Source: Selaginella moellendorffii (lineage: Eukaryota > Plantae > Lycopodiophyta). From it: DNA of 64,000 bases. The notes under the pieces are model-generated. The model was not told the DNA's origin. It saw only the letters and a program-made list of their open reading frames with translations, and searched no databases. Where the stretch lies: assembly GCF_000143415.4 (NCBI RefSeq), contig NW_003314338.1:838771-902770 (forward strand). The letters run 5' to 3'. Below, in pieces: positions 26,642 to 37,260 of this stretch (the stretch's first letter is position 1; every line of letters begins with the position of its first letter). The translations under genes and the position numbers were made by a program.

Positions 26642-26812
26642 CCGCCCTAGCTTGAATTAACTGGTTTAAAATACATTACTTTGATTAAGTCCATTAGCTT
26701 CATAAACTGACTTAAAGCAATCGATGGCGATGGCGCTGGAAATGCTGGATTTCTTCTCCATCAATGCTGGTAAATTTTCTTTTGGTGACCTATAGGAGAG
26801 CTTTCTCCTAGC

Positions 26813-27200
26813 TCAATTCATCTCTTCTTCTTGACAATAGCAGATGAGGAAGAAGAGCCAGTCAAAAACACTAACTAGCTCTTTTAGTTGTTTTCTGCCT
26901 TTCGGTATTGCCATTCTCTGTAAGTAGAGCTTTCTATATTTCCAGAGGCTTTTCGTTATCGATTTGTAAATCATAGGCACTGTTGTCATAGCAGACAGTT
27001 CTGCAATTCGTTCCATCCCCGGCAATTCTCGCAATGTATCCAAGGCAGCCAATTGTCCTCTTTCGTCATGCTGCGCGCTGAAAATCTCTTGGATCAAGAA
27101 ATCCTCTCGGAGAACCAGTTTTGCAGCAGTCCCAAGGACTTCAAGTAGAAAAGTCTACCGAGGAAAAACAAAGGGATTATACTGCTCTCCTTCTCTGGTA
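26813..27200 (-). other. Unidentified coding-like fragment abutting the subtilase pseudogene
   Basis: Open 94-aa stretch (QEIFSAQHDERGQLAALDTLRELPGM...) with a frameshifted upstream part and no clear start. Confidence 0.25.
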
Positions 27201-27204
27201 TTCC

Positions 27205-29529
27205 CACTTTCCCGAAAACATCATTATCAATGTTTGAGTCGTCCTCCACTCTAAATATCACCTGGAATGCTTTTGTCTCGCCCTTGTACTTGAACCGCAT
27301 CACTGATGGATGAACCGACACCGACACACTCTCCGGTGCCTCGATAGATGCGGTGTAGTTCGTCGCACCATCTCGGAGATGGCAATGGATGGATAGTTGA
27401 GGTCTGTGGGATTGTCGGGACACGTAGCAGAAGTTTCCGTGAGGCATTGAAGTTCAGTCTGGTTGTATCCCAGACCGCAGAGATATCCAATGTAGTCTTG
27501 CTTGTTGGCGTCGTATACTAGGCCAGGGTGTGCAGCAGCATTTGGATTTACGTCCCCTCCACCAAAATGAAGTTGTGATGCAGGAGTTCCTGATGAATTC
27601 TTGATTGGTTCTCCAAGATTATCGAATGAGTAACCTGTTTTGTTTTGAAGTGTCATGAACCATGAAGGTTCCAGATGCAAGTCGGTATGGTCCTTCGGAG
27701 TTATTGAATTGTGCGTGTGCTGTTAGAATGTTTACTCCTGGAGCTGTAATATTGGGCTGAGAGAACAAAAGTCTTTAAAAACTACCAAAAAAATAGCCTG
27801 GATCAATACGGTTGGGACCGGAGGATGCCATGAAAGGAGGAGGCTTTTGATTTCTCAATGTTATTTGACGCTGCATATCCGCTATAGGATCTCTGCCAGG
27901 CACACAAAGGTAAGAAACAGAAAGAAGAACGAAGATTTTACCTTGTAGATTTGATATATGAAAAGATGGCTTGTCCAACTTCTTCATCGACATGAATTCA
28001 GGGAAGATATTTATTATCAGGATTTTGATCGACTAGAGTGGAGTTGCAAAAGATAATTCCAGCTCCGCCAGCTCGATCAACTTCGCGTGATTGGAACCCT
28101 GGCTGCATCGGACCATGCCCGGACTTTCTCGGGATCCAAAGACCGGGTCATACACAATTGCCTGCAGCATTAATAGTGTTCTCAAATCCATACATTAAGA
28201 TGATATTTTACCTGGCTGTAAAGTTGGAAGTTGGCAAACCACCATCGGCTCCCGCAGCAAGATGATACCAGCTTTTTTAATCTTTGCTCCGTCATACTAA
28301 AACCCCGAAATGATTTATTGTTGCCAAGGTAAAGGTCTCCAAAATAGGATCGATCAAGAGTGCTCGATCCAACAGTGATGACCCAAGGAGCTCCATTTTG
28401 CACAGAACCAGGACCCAGAGTCTGCTGCGCGTTTCCAGCAGAAGCTACCACCACAATGCCTTTCTGCATGGCATGGAATGAACCCGATCGACAGTGCGTG
28501 CTGGAAGTAATCGCCGAATACGCAGAAAGCGTGAGTCTGGAGCGCCACCTTTTGCAGTGCCTTTGCCAGTTTGCGTTTCTCACGAATCGGCCTCCGGCAG
28601 TGGAAGCCGTGTGAGTTCCATGGCTGTGAACATCTCTTGGAGAAAGAAGTTCTTCGTGTGCTTTTGCATAAGCCTCGGGACCATCTTGCAGGCCGTTGGC
28701 ACCTATATGTTTCCTGAAAGATCAAAGTTGAAAAAATTAAAATTCACGTGAGTGTTGTTTTGACTTGTTGCAGTGAGAAGGGTTGAATTGCGCCCCAGTT
28801 TCGCAGTTCCTTTCCATCTTTCGGGGATTGGTCGGAAAAGCTTTCCGACTCTGGCCATACTCCTGGAGAAAACCAGTAAAAAGAAGAAGAATACGAAAAA
28901 TGAACTATGAATCCAAAACACCGATGATGATGTCTTTGCCAAATTTTGCTCTCCTCCATAGCCACGATGATTCGGTAGCTCCGCTAGCACCGTACAAGGA
29001 TTTCTCTCCATTTCCATAGAGGCCGAGAAACTCCCATGAGTTTGTGGTGTGGACCGTGTGAATTTTGTTGAGAAAGACGGACAACACGTTTGGGAGACCT
29101 GCAGTGTGAGAAGAGGTTGACTTACATTTATAAACTTCAAGTTTTTCATGTTTAGCCGCTTGTTCTTCTGTTAGACGAGCCGAGAAGCCACTAAATCCAT
29201 GCCTGTAGCTAAAACCCAGTGATTCTCTGGCAGCCTCGGCACTGGCATAAACGAATTTGGATGAAGTCATACTCTTTTCTTTTGTGATCAAAGTTTTACC
29301 TTCCTAGAACGTCGTGAAGGAGTGCGTGATGGGAGCCAGTAACAGCATCTGGATGGAGCGATTTATCGACATTCCCCAAATAGACAATGTGAGTGTCTCC
29401 TTGATCTCGTCCCTGGAAATAGAATATAACGCAAGGGCTTATAAATTATAAGTTATGCTACTTAAGAACCTGAGCGATGGAAATCGCACTTGAACTTAGA
29501 AGGATGAATAGATAGATTGAGAGCGCCAT
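27205..29529 (-). pseudogene. Subtilase pseudogene, inverted paralog of 8496-11317
   Basis: Same exon series with multiple deletions and frameshifts. Catalytic SGTSM reads SGTFM and the following segment is deleted; the C-terminus is truncated. Confidence 0.9.
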
Positions 29530-30189
29530 GAACTTGGAAGACTTCTGTTGAAGATTTGTATATGATAATTTATATTGGAGGTGTCCTTGTGTAACGCGGT
29601 CACCTTTTTTGACGACTAATTCAGGAGAGTCCGCTCGTGATGCTAAATTTAAGAAGCAAGAAACATTCATACAACGATCTGGTGCTGTATGTTCGCTGCA
29701 GGGAAGCTGCAACATTGAGCTGAAAACATATAAACTTAACGATTTTCTTCTTTTACCTTGTTGGCCTCGCCAGCTTTGTCCACAAACTTTTCTATGAGCT
29801 AGCCAGGGCTCTAGCTTTCCTCTTGCCAGTCTTCTTGAATGCGTTGCTGAAGGAGCCCTAGCTCCGTCAGTCCTCATCTCAGCATACGCATTCCCAAGTG
29901 TGGAGTGTTCGACAACTGTGGCTGCCATGGATTACTCGCATTTAAGCGTAACACAGATGGAATATTAAAATAGATTCTTAATAGATAACATTTTTCTTCT
30001 TAAAGTAAGCCCTAGTCGTCCAAGTAAAGAGTAGCAAGTAAGTTTGGCAAAACCTTGGAGGCCAGTGGGAGCTGGAGCTGCAAAGATGCCGCGAGTTCCT
30101 CCTCCACGGTGCAGTGCCACCTCCTCCTCGACAAGCAGGGCAAGCAACGCCTCCACGAGCAGTTGCTCCTCGGTCACCACGAGTAGCAG

Positions 30190-30440
30190 GGTCTACACTG
30201 GCACCACCGAGCTCGCCACGATCTCCTCAAGCGGCTCCTCGTCCTCCTCAGGCCGTGTCACCACCACAAGCGGCTCCTCATCCTCTTGGGGCAGTGTCAC
30301 CACCATGAGCACTGCCACAAGAGACTCCTCCTCCTCCTCGGGCAGTGTCTCATCGTCCGCTAGCACCACCATCTGAGGGCAAAGCTCCTCCTCCTCCTCC
30401 ACGGGCAGTGTCTCATCGTCCGCTAGCACCACCACCATCC
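30190..30440 (-). repeat. Short tandem units encoding acidic VVLADDETLP(E)n repeats
   Basis: ctcctcctcctc..gggcagtgtctcatcgtccgctagcaccacc occurs twice, plus degenerate units. Related to 5340-5380 and 12280-12315. Confidence 0.6.
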
Positions 30441-30444
30441 ACAG

Positions 30445-31351
30445 GGAACTCGCGGATCATAGTTGTATGGCTTTCCAGTCCCGCAGCAAGATTCTGGTCC
30501 GTTCTGAGAGCCTGGAACGATCCGTAACTAGAGAAGAGATATAGGATGCCGGTTACCATTGGACGGAGTCCCGAAAGCTGGCTCGCAGCATGTCTACGGT
30601 GATCCTGAGACGCTCGTTGTGAAGAATTGTGATCCAGTTATAGTCGATGGGGCAGCCCATGGTGTCGTGGTCATTGGGATCCGTGCTGGCGAAGCTGGTC
30701 AGGAACTCGGGCACCATGAAGTTGGCCGCTCTGAAAGTCGTCGAGAGGAACTATACGAGGAAAAGTATTGGTGAGGTTAAATGTTCTCCACGACGTGGGG
30801 GATTACAGTGCGCTCCGCTTCACGAACCGTCCTGTTATCGCGGAAGAATGCATATCTGTTGTTGTAGAGGCCCGATTCCTCGTTAGGCAAAGGCCGGTGA
30901 TCTTAGCTGTTAAAAATCGCGGGTGAATAACCAAGTAGAAATGGAAGAGATGAAATAACCAACTTACCAAGAGATTGATTCCCAAGAGCATCTCTCACGA
31001 GCCACTGGATCTGAGGCATGAGAGGGTATGGGTCTGCCGAGATCCACTCGAGTTGGCAGCCCTCCCTCCTGCAAATTCGAGACAACAATTCCCAGCGCCT
31101 GAGCTGCGGATCGCCCAACAGAAGATGAGATTCGAGCAAGGAGAATGATATTACCGACGACATCCAGCATCAGGCGCCCATCCGAGAGCCGCCGCTTGCA
31201 GTAGGGCGCCTCGTCCTCCACTGGAGGTTCCCGACATTGCCCCAATCGTCGCCAAAGCTGAAGAGCACCTGTGGCCGCCGCCGCCGCCTTCGCGCTGCCC
31301 CTGCGCCAAAATGCCGCACAACACAGGCAAGACAAGCGATGGAAACCTCAT
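30445..31351 (-). pseudogene. GDSL pseudogene, inverted paralog of 956-2249
   Basis: MRFPSLVL..., FGDDWGNVGN, RRLSDGRLMLDVV, RDALGNQSL; many small deletions and frameshifts. Confidence 0.9.
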
Positions 31352-31439
31352 CGATCTTACAACCCGCCATTTTTCCCGATGAAAATGGTTTAGGGTTCTA
31401 AGTTTTAGCCCGGCAAGATAACTCTAACTCAGAAATGAG

Positions 31440-32235
31440 TTAAAAGAGTAAAGTTTAAAATAACAAATATAATATTAAATATTTTTAGAATATCAGATAT
31501 ATTTAATATATTTAAGAATATTTTAGGTATATTCACTAGCTCCTAAAAATGATACAAATCGTTGGTACTTTATATTATTACAAGATAATTTTATGTTTTG
31601 AATTGCAGAAAAAACTCTAGGAGTATCTTTAGTAGTAGCATTATTAGCTTCCAAATGTTCACATTAGTCCTTGGAGCAAGGGACACTGAGACCATGTTGC
31701 AAAACCATCTGTGAAATATAATTTGTTTTTATAAGAAAGCCATAAAAATTTGTTGCAAATGGCTAGTTTTTTTTTAATTATTTCTCAATATTATTTACTG
31801 TCACATATAGCTATTTTAAATTATTAATTTTTTTTTGATATACCAGAAGAAGAGATATGTTTGAAAAAATAAAAAAGCTAAAGTAAAAAAGATGAGAGCT
31901 CATACAAGGAGAAAGGTTTGATGTGTAAGCTACAAAGGGCAAGTAATGGTGAATTTGGATCTATCTAGAGGTGGCCAAAATGAAGCACATTATTTTCATT
32001 TTTCTCCCTCTAGATTCTTCCTGATTCTTGGATTCCTGGTTGGGGCTCGTTTGATCTTTGGCAAGAGATGGAGTGCTAGAGTAGGAATTAGGTGTAGCGT
32101 GGAATGCAGGGGTTGGTGTGGCTCCAAGAGTATACCAAACCAAACCACTCTCATGTACAAAAGGTTAAACCAATTAATTTTGATGGTAGAACATATAAGT
32201 GTTTAACAAAGTTTATAAATTATGGTAAAATATTC
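31440..32235 (+). mobile_element. Helitron-like 3' end plus flanking repeat, direct copy of ~15100-15850
   Basis: Hairpin gtccttg-gag-caagggac (31667-31684). Downstream sequence is collinear with 15310-15850. Confidence 0.65.
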
Positions 32236-32249
32236 CAAACATATTTGAG

Positions 32250-33670
32250 CTTCCACCAGAGCTTCCTCGAGCTGCTTTGCTCGTCCCAGCATGCCGATCA
32301 TGCAGTGGTTGCTCAATGCCCGGATCTAATCCACACCTAGACATCATCTCCTGGAAAAACTTTTTGCCTTGCTCGATCATCCCAGCCCGGGTGCAAGTCG
32401 TTAAGTTACACCGTCCGGCTTGACACCCCCCTCACATCACTTGATCGCTGTCTCCCTGGCGGCTGTAGCCCGCGATAAGTGAGCTCCAACTCACAGCATC
32501 CTTCCTCGAGACCGAGCTAAAAACCAGCTCCGCTTCGTCCATGCTCCCACAGCTGCCGTAGAAATCGACCAACGAAGAGATCACGGCTCCCTGGAACTGG
32601 AACCCCAAGCTCGTGATCTCTTCGTGAAGTATCCGGCCAAGCCTCAAGGCTACCGAGCTTCCACCAGCTTTGAGCGCGCAAACGAGCGTCCACACGTCTG
32701 GAGAACATCCCTCAAGTTGCATTAGGAAGAAAAAATGTAAAGCAGTTTCGGCCTGGCTGTTTTCAACATACCCGAGCACCAATGCCGTCCAGAAGACTTG
32801 ATTTGGCTGGAAAATGGTGCTAAACACTCCAAGAGCATCGCCCATGCTGCCACAAGCCGCGTACATTTGGATCAAGAAGCTGTGAAGAAAGATATCCAAG
32901 CGATGCATATGGTTAGTAATTTGCAAGGGTTGCGCGTGAAAAGCCATATCTCTTTCCAGAGACTTCAGCTTGAGTATCCTTCCATGGATTGTATCTTCTC
33001 CTCATTCCCTCTTTGCTAGGGAAGTGTTGGCCTGGAACACCGCAACAAAGGTTCTGGCATTTGCTCCACTGCTTTCTCGCTGAAGCACCACCTCGCTCTG
33101 CCCATTCTCTACACATCCCTGCATCAAAGAAGTCCATAGAACTACGTCACGCTTTGGAGCTCCATGAAAAACCTTCCACGCATCCACCACGGTTCCACAC
33201 CGAGCATACATTTCCACCAGGCTGCTAGCTACGAAAGCGTTTGTGTCGATTCTTCGAAGAGCCATTCCTCTCTCGACAGAAGAAAACTTCACGACGAGCT
33301 CTAGATCTTGTAAAACCTTCCCATTTTCCTTCTCTGTGAGGCTCGCGCAGGCCTTGAGCAATCCAATAAACGTGACAGAGCTCCCTTGCAAGCCTCGCGA
33401 TTCCATGTCCAGGAAGAGCTGGAGCGCAACCCCGCCATGCCCATTCTCGGCATAGCCCAGAATGAGAGAATTCCACGCGACGGGGTCGGGGCAATCCATC
33501 CGGTCGAAATCCCTGCATGCCTCGCCCATGCTGCCGCACTTGCCATAGAGATTCACCAGGTTGCTCGTCACGAACGCATTGGAATCGAGGCCGCAGCGCT
33601 CCGCCTCGGCGTGGATTTGCTTACCCCGGGATCGAGAGCATTCCTTGAGCGACGCAAGGAATCTCCTCAC
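32250..33670 (-). pseudogene. PLS-class pentatricopeptide repeat gene, frameshifted
   Basis: GKQIHAE..GLDSNAFVTSNLVNLYGKCGSM; PVAWNSLILGYAENG; SLVEMYARCG; SLVDFYGSCGSMDEA; VSWSSLIAGY. The frame breaks near 33000 and 32430. Confidence 0.8.
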
Positions 33671-33908
33671 CTCGCAATCGCTGGAGCGGGCGCGGCCAAG
33701 CTTGGAACGGAAAGCTCGAGATCGCGAAGAGGAAGAACGAAGGTTTCATTTGATTCTTTGTTTCAAAGGGTCAAGATAGTCTTATAAACGGTCAAGGTTG
33801 TCCGTTCTAAAATAACTAGGCTTTGATTACTTAAACAGTGTGTTTGTTTAATTACATTTTTTATTGCCATATAAAAGGGCCTTTTAAGATTCACACAATC
33901 AGGGTTCA

Positions 33909-34601
33909 ATGGCAGCGGAGATCGAGAGTGTGGACAAGAAGGCTAACGCTGTGGCAGCAATGAACGCGATCAAAAAGGGAAAGAAGAGGCAGCGAGACAA
34001 AGAGGGACAAACTCATACAAGGGTTAGTGCTCCAAAAAGAAGGCATGAGCTTGAGGAGGAGCCTCCTATGGTCCCGGAGAAAAATCTGAGCAGCAAGGTA
34101 ACATACAAGATTGATGGGTTAGTTATCACTTCCCACAACAATTTTCATGACTTTTGGCCGCGATCAACATCCAAACTACCGGCACCAGACTACCTCCACT
34201 GTGCTGGAGCTCAAGAGCTTCACAGCCTCCTCACCCAAGAGCTCTACAGGAGAGACCGTGAGGATTGTGGCCCGAGGAACGCCCAGCTCTTGGTGGTGAT
34301 TGGCGGGACGAGATGTCATATGATGAGGCGACTTGAGGACTTGTGCCACTCGACTAGACGTGCTGGAGACAAGATCTGGTATGGAGTCCAGATTAAGGAG
34401 GGTGGAAGCTTGTGCACACTGTTCAAGTATATGTTTGATGGGAGGAGCGCGAGCATGAGCCGGGACATGTCCAAGGAAATCCATGCCAAGGATTGCACAC
34501 ACAAGACAAACAACATGATTCAAGAGATCCTCTCCCATGTCTCTGGGAACAAGAGCAACAGTTACTTCTCTCCAATCCGTGTGGAGAGCGTCCACCATTG
34601 A
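33909..34601 (+). CDS. Hypothetical intronless 230-aa protein with a basic N-terminal NLS-like segment
   Basis: ATG in good context (caATGG), TATAAAA at ~33870, uninterrupted ORF; family not recognised. Confidence 0.5.
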   Translation: MAAEIESVDKKANAVAAMNAIKKGKKRQRDKEGQTHTRVSAPKRRHELEEEPPMVPEKNLSSKVTYKIDGLVITSHNNFHDFWPRSTSKLPAPDYLHCAGAQELHSLLTQELYRRDREDCGPRNAQLLVVIGGTRCHMMRRLEDLCHSTRRAGDKIWYGVQIKEGGSLCTLFKYMFDGRSASMSRDMSKEIHAKDCTHKTNNMIQEILSHVSGNKSNSYFSPIRVESVHH

Positions 34602-34886
34602 AATCACCCATGTGATTAAAAGCTTTCACTGTAAGAGAGTACATCAAAATGGAGAACAATTAAAAGTAGCGTGTTATTTTTTTGGCTATCCCTCTCGATC
34701 GACATTAGTTTTGCAAACTTGGCTAGCAATTCTACAACCGTGACTCCCACCCACAAGTTTCAGTCTCTTGATTTTGTCCTGGGCCGTGCTTTTACTTAAA
34801 CACACAGATTATTCATGTTATTCGATATTTCAATCTTACCAGAATGCAACCGTTTAGTGGGCGTTAATGCTTCTTATTAATGTAAT

Positions 34887-34949
34887 GGGCATTTGGTCTA
34901 GTGGTATGATTCTCGCTTTGAGGTCGCGAGTCCGCTCCTCCCAATGCCA
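34887..34949 (+). pseudogene. tRNA-Pro pseudogene
   Basis: gggcatttggtctagtggtatgattctcgctttg matches the plant tRNA-Pro 5' half. The anticodon arm is partly deleted and the T-arm is degenerate. Confidence 0.8.
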
Positions 34950-35064
34950 TCTTCCTTTAAGTTGATCGTTGTTCCAAATCAGGTTCAGATTAAGAAAGAT
35001 TCAGAAATGCGTAATTGCTTATTGAATTTTACAATCAGAAAGGAAACAAACAAGAGAAAAACTG

Positions 35065-35590
35065 TCACGCTTGCACTGCCCGTGACGATGAAACGGCACA
35101 CTTCCGGGTGGAGCTTGGATCTGTCAACGAGGCCTTCTTTCCGTCCGGGTCGAGCATCATCGCCGAAAACCTCTCGTTCTTCCTGGGAGCGTTGCTGGAT
35201 CCTCCTCCTCCTCCTCCTGCTTCTGTAGAGATCGAGAAAGCGGCGGAGCTGCGCGGATATGGTGGAAGAATGCCGTCGGCTACGTGGGATTCCGGGACGA
35301 CCTGGCCGTTTCTCACGTTGAAAGAGCCGTGCCTTCTCGTAGTATGACTGGTAGATGGAGCGCATCATCGAGCGCGGAATGCAAGCCTCGAGAGTGCTCC
35401 TCGGAAGATAACTTGAAAGATCACAGAGCTGGTCCAGGAATATCAGCTTTGCTACGACTGAAAGGAGTACAAAACAAAACAGTGAGATTGCCAGAGGAAC
35501 AAAGAAGAAAAACCTGGTTTAATTGTGGCTTTGGAGTGCTGTTGCTCCAAGATAAACTTGAGATTATAGTGGTCAATGTGGAGAATAAAA
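35065..35590 (-). pseudogene. 3' fragment of a NAP1/NCKAP1 (SCAR/WAVE complex) gene
   Basis: After a cag acceptor at ~35458 it reads VAKLIFLDQLCDLSSYLPRSTLEACIPRSMMRSIYQSYY, matching the plant NAP1 C-terminal motif (LVAQLIFLDQLCEISPYLPR..LE..P...RSIY..YY, from memory). No upstream body is present. Confidence 0.7.
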
Positions 35591-35609
35591 CACCAAGGCA
35601 AAAGATAAT

Positions 35610-35792
35610 ACAGATATGGTGATAGGACTTTTTTTTCTTTCTTTCAAATTTGCAGGAGACCAACTGTGTAACAAACAACCAGATTTGTAGAGTTTATGTT
35701 TTGTAAATGATGTACAGCTGAAAATAATTATGAGAAAAGCTATAAGAATGAAAAACAAGACTGGATCTTTATAGGGGTATTGTCAGCACCCG
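35610..35792 (+). repeat. Short copy of the RIN2-3'-end repeat
   Basis: Matches 16490-16712, including the terminal ggatcttt..gggtattgtcagcaccc. Confidence 0.75.
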
Positions 35793-36528
35793 CAACAATG
35801 CAACACCCCTTGATAGACCTTGGCATGTCAACCTCTGCCATATCGCTGTTAACTCACAGGTAAAAAACATAACCATCCTTCCTCCAAAGTACCAACACCT
35901 TTAGAGGCGGCTTTGGGAGAAGCTCTGTTTTGTGCTTGATAGTAAAGCCGATCATCGTCTGCATTTTTTTAAAAAACTTTTATAAATAATAATAATAATA
36001 ATAGTAAGAAAATGAAAGAAACAAAGAGCTGCAACAATGGTTCTACGCACATTTTGTTGTCAGAGGAAGGACAAGCTTCCTCTCTATAAGTATAAAACTT
36101 TTTTTTTCGTTCTTTCTTCGCACCTCTTTTTGACGAAGATCTTCCGCGTTGTTGGTGAGCGACAAAGCTCACGAAATCTGCTTCTAGTGTGTGCCCAGGC
36201 TGCAGGCCAGCCACCACGCACAAGTACCACTCCCCAAGAACACCAAAACATCACTGCGACTAGAAACAATTAAACAACGAGAGACAAGACAAGGAAGAAA
36301 CGAGGAGGGGAATTGAGACCTCTTACAATCTTACAAGATTTGTGCTGAGCTTCTTCGCTTTGTTGCCTGCGTCCCGGACCCGCCCCCGGTGGGGGCAGTG
36401 AGACGCTTGTCGAGCACTGTGCACATTAAAAACTTTGGTTTCCCATCCACCTTCCTTCTCGCCTAGCTTGTCTTCCTCTTTTTTTAACAGCGCGGCCTGT
36501 GTAAGAGCGCGAGCAATATACTAGTTAG

Positions 36529-36535
36529 TATATAA
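36529..36535 (+). promoter_or_regulatory. TATA box upstream of the peptide precursor gene
   Basis: TATATAA ~130 bp before ATG 36666. Confidence 0.45.
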
Positions 36536-36665
36536 TTCCCCTGGGAAGCCCAGACTTACATGTATCCAGCAGTGTGTCTCTCGAACTTGCAACGCAGAAT
36601 TCCGCGGTCCAGTGGAAGTGCTCTCAGCAGAAGCAGCAGCGTCTTGATTCTCCTCCTCTGGAGAG

Positions 36666-37260
36666 ATGGTGACGACGATCATCAGTGGCAGGGCCAGGCG
36701 AGGAGCGAGGATGCAGCAAACTCTCCTCGCCTGGTTGGTTCAGGGGATCATGATGAACTTACTCCTCTCTGCAGCTTCTGCCAGATTGCTACTCCTGCAA
36801 CAGCATCATCACCGGGATCAAGGTAAGCTGAGATATCACAGAGAGAAAGAGTGCAGGAGAAATGCTCACACCTCGACAGCTCGTTTCAAATCTTCCAGAG
36901 TCGTCATTAAAGGCGAGGTTTTGCTTTCCCCTCACTCGTCTCGGCTTCTTAAAGAGGTAAGAGCTGGCACGAGCAATTCATTTCTCGCCGCATCTGATCG
37001 CATGGTTTTGGACACAGAGAGTTGTTTCGGATGGGCTGAAAGCAGCGGCAACAACTGCGGCAGAAGCACAAACGCAACGAGTCAGAACTCCGCTGCCGGA
37101 AAAGATATCTTCGAGATTTTCTCAAAAACAGGAGATCGATTTCAAGAGCTACACGCTGCATGACAATCGCCACCACCACCAAAAGCCGAGAGAGAGCGAG
37201 GACTACACCTTTCATGTAGACTACGCCGGACCCAAGCGACATCCTCCCCACAGTCATTGA
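36666..37260 (+). CDS. RGF/GOLVEN/CLE-like (CLEL) sulfopeptide precursor; exons 36666-36822, 36880-36956, 37018-37260
   Basis: Hydrophobic signal-like segment (MQQTLLAWLVQGIMMNLLLSAASA). Two GT-AG introns of 57 and 61 nt keep the frame. C-terminal 13-mer DYAGPKRHPPHSH (37219-37257) lies immediately before TGA. Confidence 0.85.

Noticed and set aside
36040-36200. Possible miRNA precursor (gtgagc...gctcac, agaggaag...cttcctct)
   Set aside because: Stems are only 6-8 bp, with no extended foldback or recognisable mature miRNA.
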